The translations under genes and the position numbers were made by a program. A stretch of DNA of 64,000 bases, taken from the NCBI GenBank assembly GCA_964016885.1, contig OZ024743.1, forward strand, positions 14,446,001 through 14,510,000, written 5' to 3'. Numbering within the stretch: the stretch's first letter is position 1; each line of letters opens with the position of its first letter. This document shows, piece after piece, positions 43,071 to 56,492 of the stretch. The notes under the pieces were generated by a model, which worked only from the letters and a program-made list of their open reading frames with translations, was not told the origin of the DNA and did no database searches. The stretch is from Eledone cirrhosa. Lineage: Eukaryota.

Positions 43071-45446
43071 TTCCTGTCGCTTATTTAATAGGATATCCTT
43101 AGATTTCATTATTTTAAATAGTTCTTGGGAACATAATCTACATTCATTTCTATTATTTTGATAAGGGGTGGCTCTTTTGAGCACACTCCAGGTCATATCA
43201 TATTCTATATTCTTATTTCTATAACTATTAATTTTTTCTGCTAGAGATGTTGTATTAGCCAGTGCGGCATTTTTAAAACTATGTTTGTGGGTATTAAACC
43301 TTACCTTAAAATTGTTAGAAGTAGCTCCTATATATGAGCAAATAGAATCTTTAGTTTTAACTTTACATTTATAAACTATGTTGTTAACAAGACAATTTCC
43401 TTTTAATGGGCAGTTTGCTTTGTTTCTACAGTTACAACCTTTCGTTAATTCTGTATTTGAGGAGATATTATGGTTAGTTTGATGTATTGGTGGTATACTT
43501 ATGGTATTTTTACATTTATATGCATTATAGGTACTTGTATTTTGTTTTATGTTTTTGGTTGTTGAGTATGAGAATTTAACTGTTGACCTATTTAAGATTT
43601 GATGGTATTTGTGGTTTGGCGGGAAGTTTTTCTCTAGGATATAAAAAAACTTTTTAGCAATATTATCCTTAATTTGTAAATTAAATGGAACATTATACCA
43701 AGTAACTCGTCTATTACGGTTTCTATGTTGTTTATTATTTTTATAGGTTGTATCGTGATGTTTACTAGGAGGATTAATGTTAATGACCTCACCACTCACA
43801 TTTTTAGTTAGATTTATTGATTTAGGTGTTTTATGTTGTTTATTAGGAGTTTTATTATTAACATTTATTAGAGTTGTATGATGAGTAGTTTTTTGAGAGT
43901 TACTGTACTTTATATTAGAGGAGTTGTTGGTATTTTGGGGTATAGTGTGGGTGGCATTTAGGTGTGTACTTTTCATGTGGTGTTTGTTGGTAATATTAGG
44001 TTGTATGTTTATAGTATTCTTAGTAGAAGGTATATATTCTAATCTATTTTTGTGGCCACTTCTATCTAGAGCTTCGTTATAGAAGGTCGCATTTTTATCA
44101 AATACATCTTGGTTAGACGAAAGGTTAGAAATTCTAAGTGATATATTATATGCAAGGTTTTTAAGGATAGATTTAGGGTGATTAGATTGTGAGTGTATGT
44201 AGTGTAAGTTTTGGTTGGGTTTATGGTAAGGTTGGTAGATATCCGTAGCTAAGTCTAAAGTTATATCTAGGAAATTAACTACTTTACTTGTGTTTTCAAA
44301 AGTAATATGAAGACTATAATAGTCTTTAAGGAAAGGTCTAATAAGCTTTTCGTTTTTTTCTATTTCTGAGAGGCTAAGGTTGCTGGAAAGAAGAAGACAG
44401 TCATCACGATATAAACCACCTTTAAGGTGGGGAAAGGAAGCATTTATGTTGAAAAGAAGAAAGAGGCCCACAAGATCAGTAATTTGGGCAGAATCGCTTG
44501 AACCCATAGTAATATCAAATAGATTACTATATGTGTTTCTGGTCCAGTATTCATTCTGAAATTCAATAAGTGTTAGTCTAGCATGTGTAATAATATTAAT
44601 GTCATCCAAAGTTAAGTTAGATCTATTTTTAGCAAATATCAAAGCTTTGTTCAGGAGTATAGGTGATATAGAAGAGTAGTAATTATCTATATCAAATTGT
44701 AGAAATGAAGCAGAAGATTTACATCTAATATTTTTAAACCAGTTAATTACCTGGGAAGTGTTTTCCCAGAGTAGTAAATTAACATGTTTTCTTATTTGTG
44801 GGATGACTCTATCAAAAATTTTTTTGCTAATTATTCCAATATCAGATTTGGAGGGACAAATAAGTCTTATAGAAGGATTTGAGTTAAAGTTTGATTTATG
44901 ATCCTTCGGGTTGAAGTGTGGTCTTTTCAATGCCAAAGGTTCAGTTCTATCTTCAATGTTTAGTTTTTTTACTATGTTGTGTGTTTTGTTGTTGATGTTG
45001 GTGAGTGACGCATTATTAGACTTTTTATAATTTTTCCTGAGTTCTTTATATATGAACTCATTATAATCTTCAATATTCATGTGATACAAGTTTCCAGTTT
45101 TGTCCGAGTGGACATGGATTTTTTTAGACTTTTTTAGGTCCAATAGGGTAGAATCAAGGTCCTTTTGAAAGACAGATTTATACTTCTTAAATTTGAGGTG
45201 TTTAATTAAATTAAAAAGGTCTTTCTCAAAGTCTTCAAGTAGAGAGTTGTGTGGTGGATTCTTGTAAGTATTGAAATCATACATATATTTCCTATCTGCA
45301 TATTTAGATTTTTTATCGAAGTGGTAGGCCCTCCATCTAACTCTTCTGATAAATTGGTTAGTTTTCTGTATCATAAGGAGTAAGAAGTCATCCTTAGAAT
45401 GTACTGGTATATTCTTTAAAGAGGTTCCCAAGTATTGTTTTTCCAT
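43011..45446 (-). CDS. Penelope-like (Naiad-type) reverse transcriptase with C-terminal GIY-YIG endonuclease, ~811 aa
   Basis: Uninterrupted frame from ATG 45446: GTSLKNIP, FIRRVRWRA, HSDKTGN, RLICPSKSDIG, QFDI, MGS, YRDD, FLD, SNHP, WYN.PF, CNCR...CPL.GNCL, VY...YIG.T, FKVRF..H, CRLC, LLNKRQE, CNH. Confidence 0.95.
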   Translation of the reverse strand: MEKQYLGTSLKNIPVHSKDDFLLLMIQKTNQFIRRVRWRAYHFDKKSKYADRKYMYDFNTYKNPPHNSLLEDFEKDLFNLIKHLKFKKYKSVFQKDLDSTLLDLKKSKKIHVHSDKTGNLYHMNIEDYNEFIYKELRKNYKKSNNASLTNINNKTHNIVKKLNIEDRTEPLALKRPHFNPKDHKSNFNSNPSIRLICPSKSDIGIISKKIFDRVIPQIRKHVNLLLWENTSQVINWFKNIRCKSSASFLQFDIDNYYSSISPILLNKALIFAKNRSNLTLDDINIITHARLTLIEFQNEYWTRNTYSNLFDITMGSSDSAQITDLVGLFLLFNINASFPHLKGGLYRDDCLLLSSNLSLSEIEKNEKLIRPFLKDYYSLHITFENTSKVVNFLDITLDLATDIYQPYHKPNQNLHYIHSQSNHPKSILKNLAYNISLRISNLSSNQDVFDKNATFYNEALDRSGHKNRLEYIPSTKNTINIQPNITNKHHMKSTHLNATHTIPQNTNNSSNIKYSNSQKTTHHTTLINVNNKTPNKQHKTPKSINLTKNVSGEVININPPSKHHDTTYKNNKQHRNRNRRVTWYNVPFNLQIKDNIAKKFFYILEKNFPPNHKYHQILNRSTVKFSYSTTKNIKQNTSTYNAYKCKNTISIPPIHQTNHNISSNTELTKGCNCRNKANCPLKGNCLVNNIVYKCKVKTKDSICSYIGATSNNFKVRFNTHKHSFKNAALANTTSLAEKINSYRNKNIEYDMTWSVLKRATPYQNNRNECRLCSQELFKIMKSKDILLNKRQELIISCNHKLRKTFKYYKPN

Positions 45447-46278
45447 TGTGATATGGATAATGGACAATAGAAAGAGCTCAACTAAATGTATATGGGGTTA
45501 TAAAATCATACATATATATGTATATACATAAATATAAAATTAACACACACACAGTACAAAAATACGAATATTTCCGTGAAAATAGGAGCAAATTATGTAG
45601 ATAAATCTACCAAGAGTTTACGGTAGTGTCCAATCCGTATATATATATATATAATAATAATATTAAGTGATGACGGACCTACCATATTTATCAATGCCAG
45701 TACCGGTTGTATCTCAGCGAATTCAATGGGCAATGTAAGATACATTACCAGAGTATACACATGGTTATTTGCCTCAACACAACACACGTAAAACGGGTGC
45801 CTATAAGGTTCCCGGACTCGAGTTTCTGCAGCACTAATGCAGCAGTAAGGTGCACTGCACCATCTGTCTGCATTTATTATGCAACAATACACAATCGGCT
45901 TATGCGGCTCCATCAGCGGGTATCGCCTAATCAATAACCAATCGATCGACATAATCCAACCATCGGCCCGTGCCGGTCATGACTGTTTGTGACAACCGAC
46001 ACGGTAAAGCGATTAACTGGCAACCGATAGGACTCTATCTCTCAACTAGCCCTGATTTACAAATTTTACGTGGGGACGGGAAGCTAAAAAGAATCAATAT
46101 ATTAGTTCCTGTCAGAAGCTCTGGCCAACGTGTCTCACACACAAATTATCAAGGGGTGAAAAGATGGCTATTAGAAATAGCAGTTCATATATATATATGT
46201 GCGTGTGTATATATATATGGCTCTGTCTAGTTTATGTGTATGTAAACTTCTAAATTGTATATATATATATACATATAC

Positions 46279-46643
<365 letters not shown>

Positions 46644-46654
46644 GTGTGTGTGTG

Positions 46655-46689
<35 letters not shown>

Positions 46690-48094
46690 ATATATATACA
46701 TATATGTGTGTGTGTGTATATATATATACACACACACACACCCACACACACACATATATATATATATATATACAGAGAGAGTGAGTGAGAGAGAATGAGA
46801 GAGATAATTTCCTGGCGTATGTGTATGTAAGTAATTGTGCCTTTGGTTATAAGCGTTGTTTGCGGCTGCATAACTTTACGAAGATATTCAATTTCGTTTA
46901 TCTGATTTTTTTTTGTGAACACTCAAGAGCGTATCCTTACAAATCATTAGACATCGGCTATTAACGTAGCCATTCCAACAGTGTATTCCTTAATCACGTT
47001 GCCCATTTTAAGTTGGTAAATGTGTGGGTTGTTTTTATTTTATCTTAATTAATACAGTTGACTTAATTCATCAAATATAGATAATTGTACATTTGGTACC
47101 CCTGGGAATGTTAGTAATATATTGACCAGCTAATCGATATCATTTTACATTAAATCTAACTTCGCTGGTATAATCTAGGAACGATAGCCAGCGGTAATTA
47201 GGTGTGGATTGTATGATTTTAGGCGAGAGAAGTTATAATATTTTTGTGATTACTGATTACTATCAGAATTTCTATAGCAATAACGGCTAAACAAAACATA
47301 GCCTTATCTCTTATATCAATTGATTTTTATTTTTTTATCTTAATCCGTTTTGTGTGTGTTTACAATTTGCTTATCGCGTAATGTATACACATACAGATTA
47401 TTTGAACGTATTTATTAAGATATTTGTTAGGCATTGCTTCTGTAACATAACAAGCTCCCTTAACACACAATATTTTCAATACCATCCTCATCATTATAAT
47501 CAATATTCATTTAATTTTCCTCATCGTCATCAACTTCATCATCTTCATCATCATTATCATTTTCTACATATTCATCCTTAACTTCATCATTAATATCATC
47601 GTTTCTTCTATAGTTATTATTAATACAATATTGTCCAATGGAGTAGACATACGAATAAATATAGAAAGCAAAAATAAGAATGACATCTATGTAAATCGAC
47701 AAGCCATGTCAGAGCCTCCTGCGCGTAAAATCAGAAAACCAGAGGTACCAATACTACTAACACCCCAACATATACAGTAGCATCAACAACAAAAGTATGC
47801 AACAAATGCAGCAAATACAACAACTAATGCGCCAGCGACTGAAAACCGAACAAGACCTGAAGCGCCAATGAAAGGAAAGATAGTAGGTGAGAAGATTACA
47901 GCAGAAACAGCAACAGCAAAAGCACTACCATCACCAACAGCAGCAGTACAAGCACCCTTGGAAGAGACACAGATGGATACAGATTGTAAAGAACAAAAAT
48001 GGAGAAATAAAACCTTTTTCCTCGCTCTCAAAAAGAAGGGGAGAGCGAACGTGGGAATAGGAAAAAAAGATAAAACTTTACAGTAACAAATCTC

Positions 48095-48156
<62 letters not shown>

Positions 48157-48161
48157 CACAT

Positions 48162-48212
<51 letters not shown>

Positions 48213-48519
48213 AAAAGTACTTGGCTCTGTACTTGAACATGGGGGGTTAATATATTGAGCTTCTTCGCATTTGTTAAGAAACTGGTATACCTAAATTATT
48301 CACCTAGTATATATATATACATATAGATATATATTAATTTATTATGACTACTGGTGATATGTGTTACTCTGTCATTCCACCTGCGCAATCACAGGAACAC
48401 CACTCTTGTCTCATGATCCTGTGAGTACCCAGGTGAGAATCCAGAGCGCCGAGGTTCATCACTTAGCAATAATTAATGAATATTTAAAATACTTCGTTAC
48501 AAACTTTCGGAACCCGAGA

Positions 48520-49680
48520 GTGCCACATCCTCTCTATGTATATCACAAAAGTACTCTTTTAATCCCCTCTCTGTATCTACTAAAACAAAAATTTCCCCCT
48601 TTCTCTCTATCTAAGACTAATAAACTCCTTCTTCTCTGTGAATATCTACACTTATCTCTCCCAATCCCCCACTCTATATCAATCACCTTTAAACTTTCTA
48701 CCTCTCTATATCTACTACGTGGCACTTCCCCATTAACACTCTACAACAACCAAATTCCCCCTCTCTATATCTAACAATACTTATCTCTATCAATTATCTC
48801 ACTTTATGTATTACCACCTTACACTCTCCCTCCCTACATCAACGAAACACCACTTCTTGGAATCCCCCTCTCTATATCAATTAACCTCAAACTCTCCCCC
48901 TCTCTATATCCACTACATAGTACTCTCTTCTAATACACCTCTCTATATATCAATTAGTACTAAACTCTCCCGCTCTCTAAATTTACAACACGGTACTCTC
49001 TTCCTATCCCACTCTTTATATCAATAAACATCAATCTCTCTCCTCTCTATATCTAAGATACAACGCAATCACACAAACCCCTCACTATATCAGTTACCAC
49101 CAAACTATCCCCTTCTCCTTATCTACCATACAACACTCTTTCTCATTCCTTTTCACTCTATCCATCACTACCAAAATCTCCCACCCCCACTACATCTATC
49201 AATACCTATATCAAAAGTTCCACGCAATTCATTACGACCAAACTCTCCCCTTCTCTAAATCAACCATACAACACTCTCTCTCAATAACCCTTTCTATATC
49301 AATTAACACCAAACTTGCCCCCTCTCTATACCTACTACATGGAACTCTCTTTCAATTCCCTCTCTACATTAATGTACAGCAAACTCCCGCCCTCTCTACC
49401 TTTACAGCGCGGTGCTCTCTTCCAACGCCCCTCTGTAGAGCATTTACCTCCAAACTCTCCCCCTCTCTATATCAATTTACACCAAACTCTCCGCCTCTCT
49501 ATATCAATTAATACCAATCTGTATCAATCCTCCCACTCCATTCATTAACACCAAACATTATATATCAATTTACACCAAACTCTCCCCTATGTATATCTAC
49601 TACACGGAATTCCCTTAGAATAGCCCTCTCTATATTAATTTACACTAAACTGTCCCCTTCCTATATCTACTACACAGATA
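48520..49680. repeat. Degenerate CT-rich minisatellite (~30/60-bp period)
   Basis: Recurrent ccaaactctcccctctctatatcaattaaca / ctctatatctactac units. Confidence 0.85.
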
Positions 49681-50502
49681 GAGAAAGTGTCATATATCTT
49701 TAGAGAAACGTATTATTTTGTACATGAATAGAAATCATATAATATTTAGAAAGTAGTACATAATTTAAGGTAGGACGTTTCCTTTTTATTTCCCTAACGG
49801 TTACCGTTTCATAATTCGTAAACGGAAGCAAATATGTATCTAAGTAATCAATTACTAACTATCGATTTTTGAGGATCTACGGAAGACGCGAATCTAACTA
49901 AAAGAGAAAATCGTATTCGTATAAGTTCCGATAAAGTACAAAACTACCTTTATATCTGTTGTCTTCGGAGAAATAGTTAAAACTATAACTCGTGGTGTGA
50001 AGAACGTTTTAACTGTGGCAGTAGATACAATTAGCATTGGATGTCTTATCTGCTAGAAAGACTTGCGAAGAAATAGTCACAGTATACGTAGCTCGCCAAA
50101 TTAAAAAAAATTGAGCAGATATATACTAAATCATTGTATCATAAGATATATATGTATGGTGGTTATGTTTCTCAGTAGAACATCTCAATGGGCATTTTTC
50201 CAGAGCATGAATACTTCAAATTAAAAGACGTATGTATATATATAGAGAGAGAAACATGATTGGTAATTGGTAATTGCTTAGATCAATTTTTGATTCGGTT
50301 TAAGAATTATGAAAGGGTAACGTAAGGAAAATAAGAATTTTCCACCATAAATTATGTACACTTTCCTAAATATAATATGCTTTATATATAAGTACAGCAT
50401 ATTATATGTTTTCCTCTAACGGCTCGTTTTTTCTTTCTCTCTGTATATATTATGTATGTGTGTGTATATATATATACACACACATACATAATCAATCACA
50501 GC

Positions 50503-50567
<65 letters not shown>

Positions 50568-50609
50568 ACACACACACGCACCCACACCGATACACACATA
50601 TATATATAT

Positions 50610-50792
50610 ACTGAAGTAAAAGTTAAGTGGAAATATCCAAGAGTAAGAACACTCAGTCCATAGGACGAGTTTAGTATAAATAAGTACAACAGTGACGTAA
50701 ACACGTACTCAAGTTTCGTTGGGTCTGGGCGCCAATTTCTTCAGAACCCAATGAAACTTGAGTACCTACTTATGTCACTGTTGTAATTATGT
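50610..50792 (-). mobile_element. Short fold-back PLE-type element
   Basis: Diverged inverted arms 50683-50725 / 50742-50790, each with ccaaY-GAAA-cttgag-TA; tail with bulged hairpin at 50651-50670. Confidence 0.68.
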
Positions 50793-50814
50793 ATATATAT
50801 ATATATATATATAT

Positions 50815-50990
50815 ATAGAAAAAGAGATGAAATCGAAAATGCAACTGGAGACTTATTTTTTTTTTGAATATATATATTTTTTAAATAAGACCCCAGTTGC
50901 ATTTTCGATTTCATCTCTTTTTCTTTATACTTTCACTCGTGTAGGACACCTCGGTTATATTTCATTTTGTAAAAAAAAACTCACTTTCTA
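50815..50990 (+). mobile_element. Short fold-back element, same family as 14905-15120
   Basis: Arms 50817-50860 / 50882-50925 joined across aatatatatatt; tail tatactttcactcgtgtaggacac. Confidence 0.7.
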
Positions 50991-51010
50991 ATATATATAT
51001 ATATATATAT

Positions 51011-51114
51011 AGGAAAAGAGCCAGGACCACGACGGCTGAGCTCCGGCCATTAGATATGAACTAACCCACTAGTGCCTTATGGTCCACCTGGTTCATTACC
51101 ACACTTCCTTCGTT
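51011..51114 (+). mobile_element. Fold-back family F1 (copy 3, internally deleted)
   Basis: gacggctgagctc and ttatggtccacctggttcattaccacacttccttcgtta match F1. Confidence 0.75.
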
Positions 51115-51272
51115 ATATATATATATATATAAAATAAGAAAATGCGAAGTAGTTTCAGATGTTAAGGTTACGTTCCAGAGGCAATCCAAATTGAAACAAG
51201 AGACCGGACAACGATGATAGTATTGACACCTTCACTACAACGCGTTCACTACAACGTAACATTATTATGTAA

Positions 51273-51351
51273 GAAGGTGCCTGATGAGATCATGGCACTG
51301 GGTACCCAGAATGTCATGGCCACTGTCGTCATCGAAATATGTATCACCTCC
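51273..51351 (+). ncRNA. Type I hammerhead candidate in a solo PLE-type 3' end (51130-51465)
   Basis: gaaggtgc-CTGATGA-gat catggca ctgggtacccag..tgtcatg..atc-GAAA-tatgta-TC-acctcc; upstream part has a diverged inverted copy at 51540-51640. Confidence 0.62.
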
Positions 51352-51463
51352 TTATTATTTGAAGCTACTTCGTATTTCCTTATTCTAAATATACTCCGTC
51401 ATTCCTATGTGGAAGAAGTACTTTGAGTGCTTGAATTGAATTGCATCAGTGTTTATCGTACCA

Positions 51464-51523
<60 letters not shown>

Positions 51524-51720
51524 ATATTAAAATAACAGATTCTTACATAATAAGACAGCTTCTTACATAATAGTCACGTTGTAGTGAACGGGCGAAGGCG
51601 TCAAGAACATATCATCGTTGCCCGGTCACTTGTTTAAATATTTGCTCTACGGTGCTTATATATTTGATATATGTTTATCCTTATCGAGCCCTCTTTGGAT
51701 TTTAGTCTTCAAATGTATTA

Positions 51721-51766
<46 letters not shown>

Positions 51767-52453
51767 AACACACACACACAGACACGCGCGCAAACACACG
51801 CACACATGCACACACGGACATACGCACACGCACACACACGCACGCACACACATATATATATATATATTCACCTGCATGTATATATGTATTTATGTATGCA
51901 TCTGTTACTGTTACATATATATATATATACTATATACAAAAAATGGAATCTTTGTAATTGAATATAATTAACACTTCATGAAATGGTTCGCAAAAATAAT
52001 GGTTTGCGTCGCTTCTGACGCTTTTAAAAAGGATTTCGTCACGAAACTATTGATTCTAATATGGTACAAGACAAACTATGATGGTGCTGCTGTTGAGTTA
52101 GACATGTTTCGATAAACTCCATCCGTTATTGTATAAATGAAAACCAAATATATCCGAATTTCACGAAAAAATGTATTATTTTGAAATCGAAAATAAAACA
52201 TCATACGGTTCACTGAAATAATTTTATTTAAATAAATGATAAACTACTTGGAAGATGTTAACATTAAAGATAATATGAAAACATACTAACAAGGTATCGT
52301 GAGAATTAAAAGCGGTTGTAAAAACCATGCGGTGGTTTGCGAAGAGAAAACTTCGTTTGAGTTAACGGTTCTCGTATCAACTAATCTATACAGAAACACA
52401 GGCACGCTCATACACACACACGCGCGCATACACACACACAAACACACACACGT

Positions 52454-52582
<129 letters not shown>

Positions 52583-52710
52583 TACACACACATATATATA
52601 TATATATTATTTCTTCTAGTTTATTGAAAAGTAAGATGACAACATGTTATCTGAATATATGCTATTGCATTACATTGACAAGATCACGCTAAACTTGTAA
52701 ATGAAACGAC

Positions 52711-52715
52711 TACTG

Positions 52716-52763
<48 letters not shown>

Positions 52764-52846
52764 ATACTAATACTACTACTACTACTACAGCCACCACCAC
52801 CACAACTACTACTACTACTACTACTACTACAGCCACCACCACCACA

Positions 52847-52917
<71 letters not shown>

Positions 52918-52990
52918 CACAACCACTAGTGCTACTACAACTGCTATTGCTGCTGCTATTAATTCTAATGATAATACTATTATTGCTACT
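52711..52990. repeat. (CTA)n/(CCA)n compound microsatellite
   Basis: Direct reading. Confidence 0.97.
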
Positions 52991-53220
52991 AGAAAATTCT
53001 AATACATATATACAAATATGCACAAACAGACATATATATGTATAACTATATGAATTAACCGAGCGGAAACATCGAAGTCACTACCAATGTTTCACTTATA
53101 CAAGAAAAAGTTTACACACTAACAACCTGTACTCTGTGCTCAGTTACTAAATGATCCAATGTTTTAAATGTTCCGGTATTTTAAATATGCATAGGAATGC
53201 ATGTGTTTCTGAGCGAGTTT

Positions 53221-53325
<105 letters not shown>

Positions 53326-53715
53326 TATGTACCTGTATATATGTGTGTGCCTGTGTGGCTGTGTGTGTGTGTGTTTGCGTAGAGGTGTAAGTATGTATAA
53401 TATTATAATCTAAATGTCGTGACAGGGCCATTTGGAATGCGTGATAGAATAATTTGAACAGAGCAAATTTTAGAGAGAAAAATGAAGAGACATAGAAACA
53501 AACACAAACGCATGCACGCACACACACACACAAACACAAACACACACACATACAAACACACACACATACATACACACACACACACATATATATATTATAT
53601 ATATATATTATATATATATATTATATATATATATTATATATATATACATATATATATAAGTGTGTTCTGTTATTAATTCTGGCAATATTACACAAATATG
53701 ACCCTCCCCAAGTAT

Positions 53716-53754
<39 letters not shown>

Positions 53755-53757
<3 letters not shown>

Positions 53758-53946
53758 CGAAGGAAATGTGGTAAGGAACCAGGTGGACCATAACGCACCA
53801 AAGTACTCAATACTTAGGGTAGTAGAGTGGGTAATAGGAACAAGTAAGACCCCGACGGCTGAGCTCAAGCCGTTTCGACAGCTAATTCTGTACAGAATTA
53901 GCCGTCGAAACGGCTTGAGCTCAGCCGTCGGGGTCTTACTTGTTCC

Positions 53947-53949
<3 letters not shown>
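53755..53949 (-). mobile_element. Fold-back family F1 (copy 4)
   Basis: Near-perfect ~115-bp palindrome 53834-53949 plus tail almost identical to 15364. Confidence 0.88.
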
Positions 53950-54028
<79 letters not shown>

Positions 54029-54597
54029 CATATATATGTATATATATAAACGTGTCTGTTAGAATATCTATGTGTTCGTGCCTGCACATGCGTCTGGGCG
54101 TGTGCTTAAGTATGTGAGATTGAGCATGTGTGTATATTTAGGTAGGTAATTTTATTATATGTAAAATAATAAAATTATTTTCGAAATATTTGCCTATATG
54201 AAATGCATGAATAAATATATTGTATTTTAAATATTTTAATGAAAAGTTGAATTTATATTGTCACAGCATATTAATTTATCTTGTATGAGGAAAAACAATT
54301 ATAAATTACATAGAAAGTGATTATTACAAATTGTTGGATTCTATTAGTAGAACTATGAATTATTTAGATTCTTCGTGTTATAAAGAGAAGTTTCTTTGCA
54401 TACACTCACATTTGATTGGCTTTAATTAGTTTTATAACCAGCATTTACAAATAATCGTTCTAAAATAACGAACAGGGAATGAAAGTCCATAGCATATATT
54501 GTGCTTCTTGACATCACATCGTGATAAATAATTATATTTTACTATATGTTTTCAACTGTTAGTTTCTCCAAAATATCCAAATTTAAATGAAACACCA

Positions 54598-54654
<57 letters not shown>

Positions 54655-54656
<2 letters not shown>

Positions 54657-55675
54657 GAAATGGTAACACAACAGTTAGTTCACCATACCGAGAACAATTA
54701 TTTCACCTTAGCGGATCCGCAGCTCGCAATGGTCGTGGTTATACTTAATAGGAAGGACAACCGTATGAACGTGCATGCGCAGAAACGATCACTTCACCCA
54801 AGCAATGCAAAACGACGGGTGTAAGGGAGATAACTGCGAAAGTCTGAAAGGTAGTTCTAATTGATTAGAAAATTAGGATGTTGTTGTTATTCAATCCGGA
54901 GTTTTCTAGTTATGTAAGAGGTGTTTCCAAACATGTGTACAACGTGTGAAGATTTCATTTCGTGAGGCTAGACAATCGCTATTGCGTAATCTCCTAGAAT
55001 ATTTATCCGTTCATCAATACATAGTCCACAAGACGGATTGCCCCTTACGTATGGCTTGGACTTTCCATTGAATGGAGTAGTTTATACTTGAGTCCTTAAG
55101 GGACCATGCGTGGCTCGCGAGGTTCGTGGATGATGGTTTGTCTGGGTACCTAAAGGTCGACTGATGGTTAAGGAAGCGTTCCTTAAATCGGCCCTCCGCC
55201 ATATCCACATAGGATTTAACCTCCTGTGGTTGATTTGGTGGGTTGGAAGTGACCACAGCTTCATAAATACAGCGGGTGTGCTGCATTGCTGTTGAAAAGG
55301 ACAAGCTGCAGGCTTTCGGCAAGAGTATCCTGGTGAGGTGCTGCTTTTAGGGCTGTTGGTGATGTGCACCTTCATATTCTTAGCGCAGGAGTACCATAGT
55401 TTTACTCTGTGTCTGTTAAAGATGGAGCGGTAGTTGTGACCTATGGGAAAGTGTTTTATCTAAGAGGGCTAAAAATATGTTTCCTACATTAGTTTTAACG
55501 TTGAGTGAGAATGGAGGAGAGAACCAGATAGTTTGTCTATTGTTACGATTTCTTTTCTTATTGCTGTTGTTGTTAGTGGGAGAGTAAGTGGTAGGTCTAA
55601 ATATAAGTAAGGCTAGCCCTATGGCCTACCACGACATCAATACAGAAGCCAAAGACCTTGCTGCCGCCCTTAAGG
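54655..55675 (-). mobile_element. Degenerate Naiad-type PLE 3' fragment with short inverted RT piece (55600-55675, plus)
   Basis: Minus: IWFSPPFSLNVKTNVG, HNYRSIFNRHRVKL.YSC, CSCRKPAACP, EGRFKERFLNHQSTF, LASHAWSLKD; plus: AYHDINTEAKDLAAALK. Confidence 0.85.
54689..54726 (-). ncRNA. Degenerate minimal hammerhead at PLE 3' end
   Basis: cgag-CTGCGGA-tcc gctaa ggt-GAAA-taattg-TT-ctcg. Confidence 0.55.
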
Positions 55676-55692
55676 TATGGCAGGTGAAGAGT

Positions 55693-55742
55693 GAGCTGTA
55701 CTGATGAAGGGTAATGTCCAGAAATATTAGTGTGTGCAGTTC
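55693..55742 (+). ncRNA. Hammerhead with mutated cleavage triplet
   Basis: gagctgta-CTGATGA-agggtaatgtcca-GAAA-tattagtg-TG-tgcagttc. Confidence 0.6.
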
Positions 55743-56124
55743 TGTTCAGATGCCAACCCAAGAGCAAGAACGAAGGGTTTATTCTACTGAATGGCTATAC
55801 ATTTGAGCCTTGTTTGCATCTTTGCAAACGAATAGAATGTTATTATTAAATATTCGAAAAACTCAGTTTTACATGTATTGTATTCAGCCATGTAGAGCGA
55901 ACATTTTCTTTTTTATTTGAATTTGGCAAAGCCGGCCATTTATCGCTCGTATACAGGAAACTGACTGGCCAGCTTGCTGATATGCAAATCTGGCTGATCA
56001 GGTAATATGCAGATCTGACTGATCAGCCAGTCTGCTAATATGCAAATCAGGCCGATCAGTCACTGTGTATTTTTGAAAATAGCATATATTTTCACTAGCT
56101 CTGACAGTTTGGCAGGTGAACAGT

Positions 56125-56174
56125 GAGCTGTACTGATGAAGGATGATACCCAGAAACATTGGTGTCTGCAGTTC
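56125..56174 (+). ncRNA. Type I hammerhead
   Basis: gagctgta-CTGATGA-aggatgataccca-GAAA-cattggtg-TC-tgcagttc; 8-bp stem I. Confidence 0.78.
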
Positions 56175-56492
56175 TATGCACATGCCAACACAAGAGCACG
56201 AATGAAAGGTTCATTCTACTGACATGTTTTGGGACTTGTTTGCATAATTGCAAACGAATCGAATGTTATTATTAATAGTTAGCTCTACGTGGCTGAATAA
56301 AATAAATGTAAGGTGAGTTTTTCGAATATTAATAAATCTTTCTTCTTTTGGCACAAGGCCAGCAATTACCCAGTAAAGTACCAGTAATGCACTGGGTAAT
56401 TTCTGGCCTCGAGCCAAAGGTAGAAAAAATTATTAATATTCGAAAAACTCAGCTTACATTTATTGTATTCAGCCACGTAGAGCGAACATATT

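Larger units (their letters stand above)
40121..45640 (-). mobile_element. Full-length Naiad-type Penelope-like element
   Basis: Intact ORF, ~190-nt leader, ~2.9-kb 3' UTR with hammerhead, 47-nt terminal direct repeat (40121-40167 / 45594-45640, 1 mismatch), (TA)n on both sides. Confidence 0.93.

Noticed and set aside
43011-45446. Selenocysteine recoding, reported for some Naiad PLEs
   Set aside because: The intact ORF has no in-frame TGA; the stops I checked in broken copies are TAA/TAG or frameshifts.
47706-48086. Ala/Thr/Glu-rich ORF (MSEPPARK...EETQMDTD)
   Set aside because: Interrupted by a stop, low complexity, no domain; at most a TE ORF1 relic.
48520-49680. CRISPR-like or coding repeat
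   Set aside because: Degenerate eukaryotic minisatellite without unique spacers or a sustained ORF.
50707-50750. Complete hammerhead using CTGAAGA on the minus strand
   Set aside because: No stem I partner; the heptamer lies within the junction hairpin and may be coincidental.
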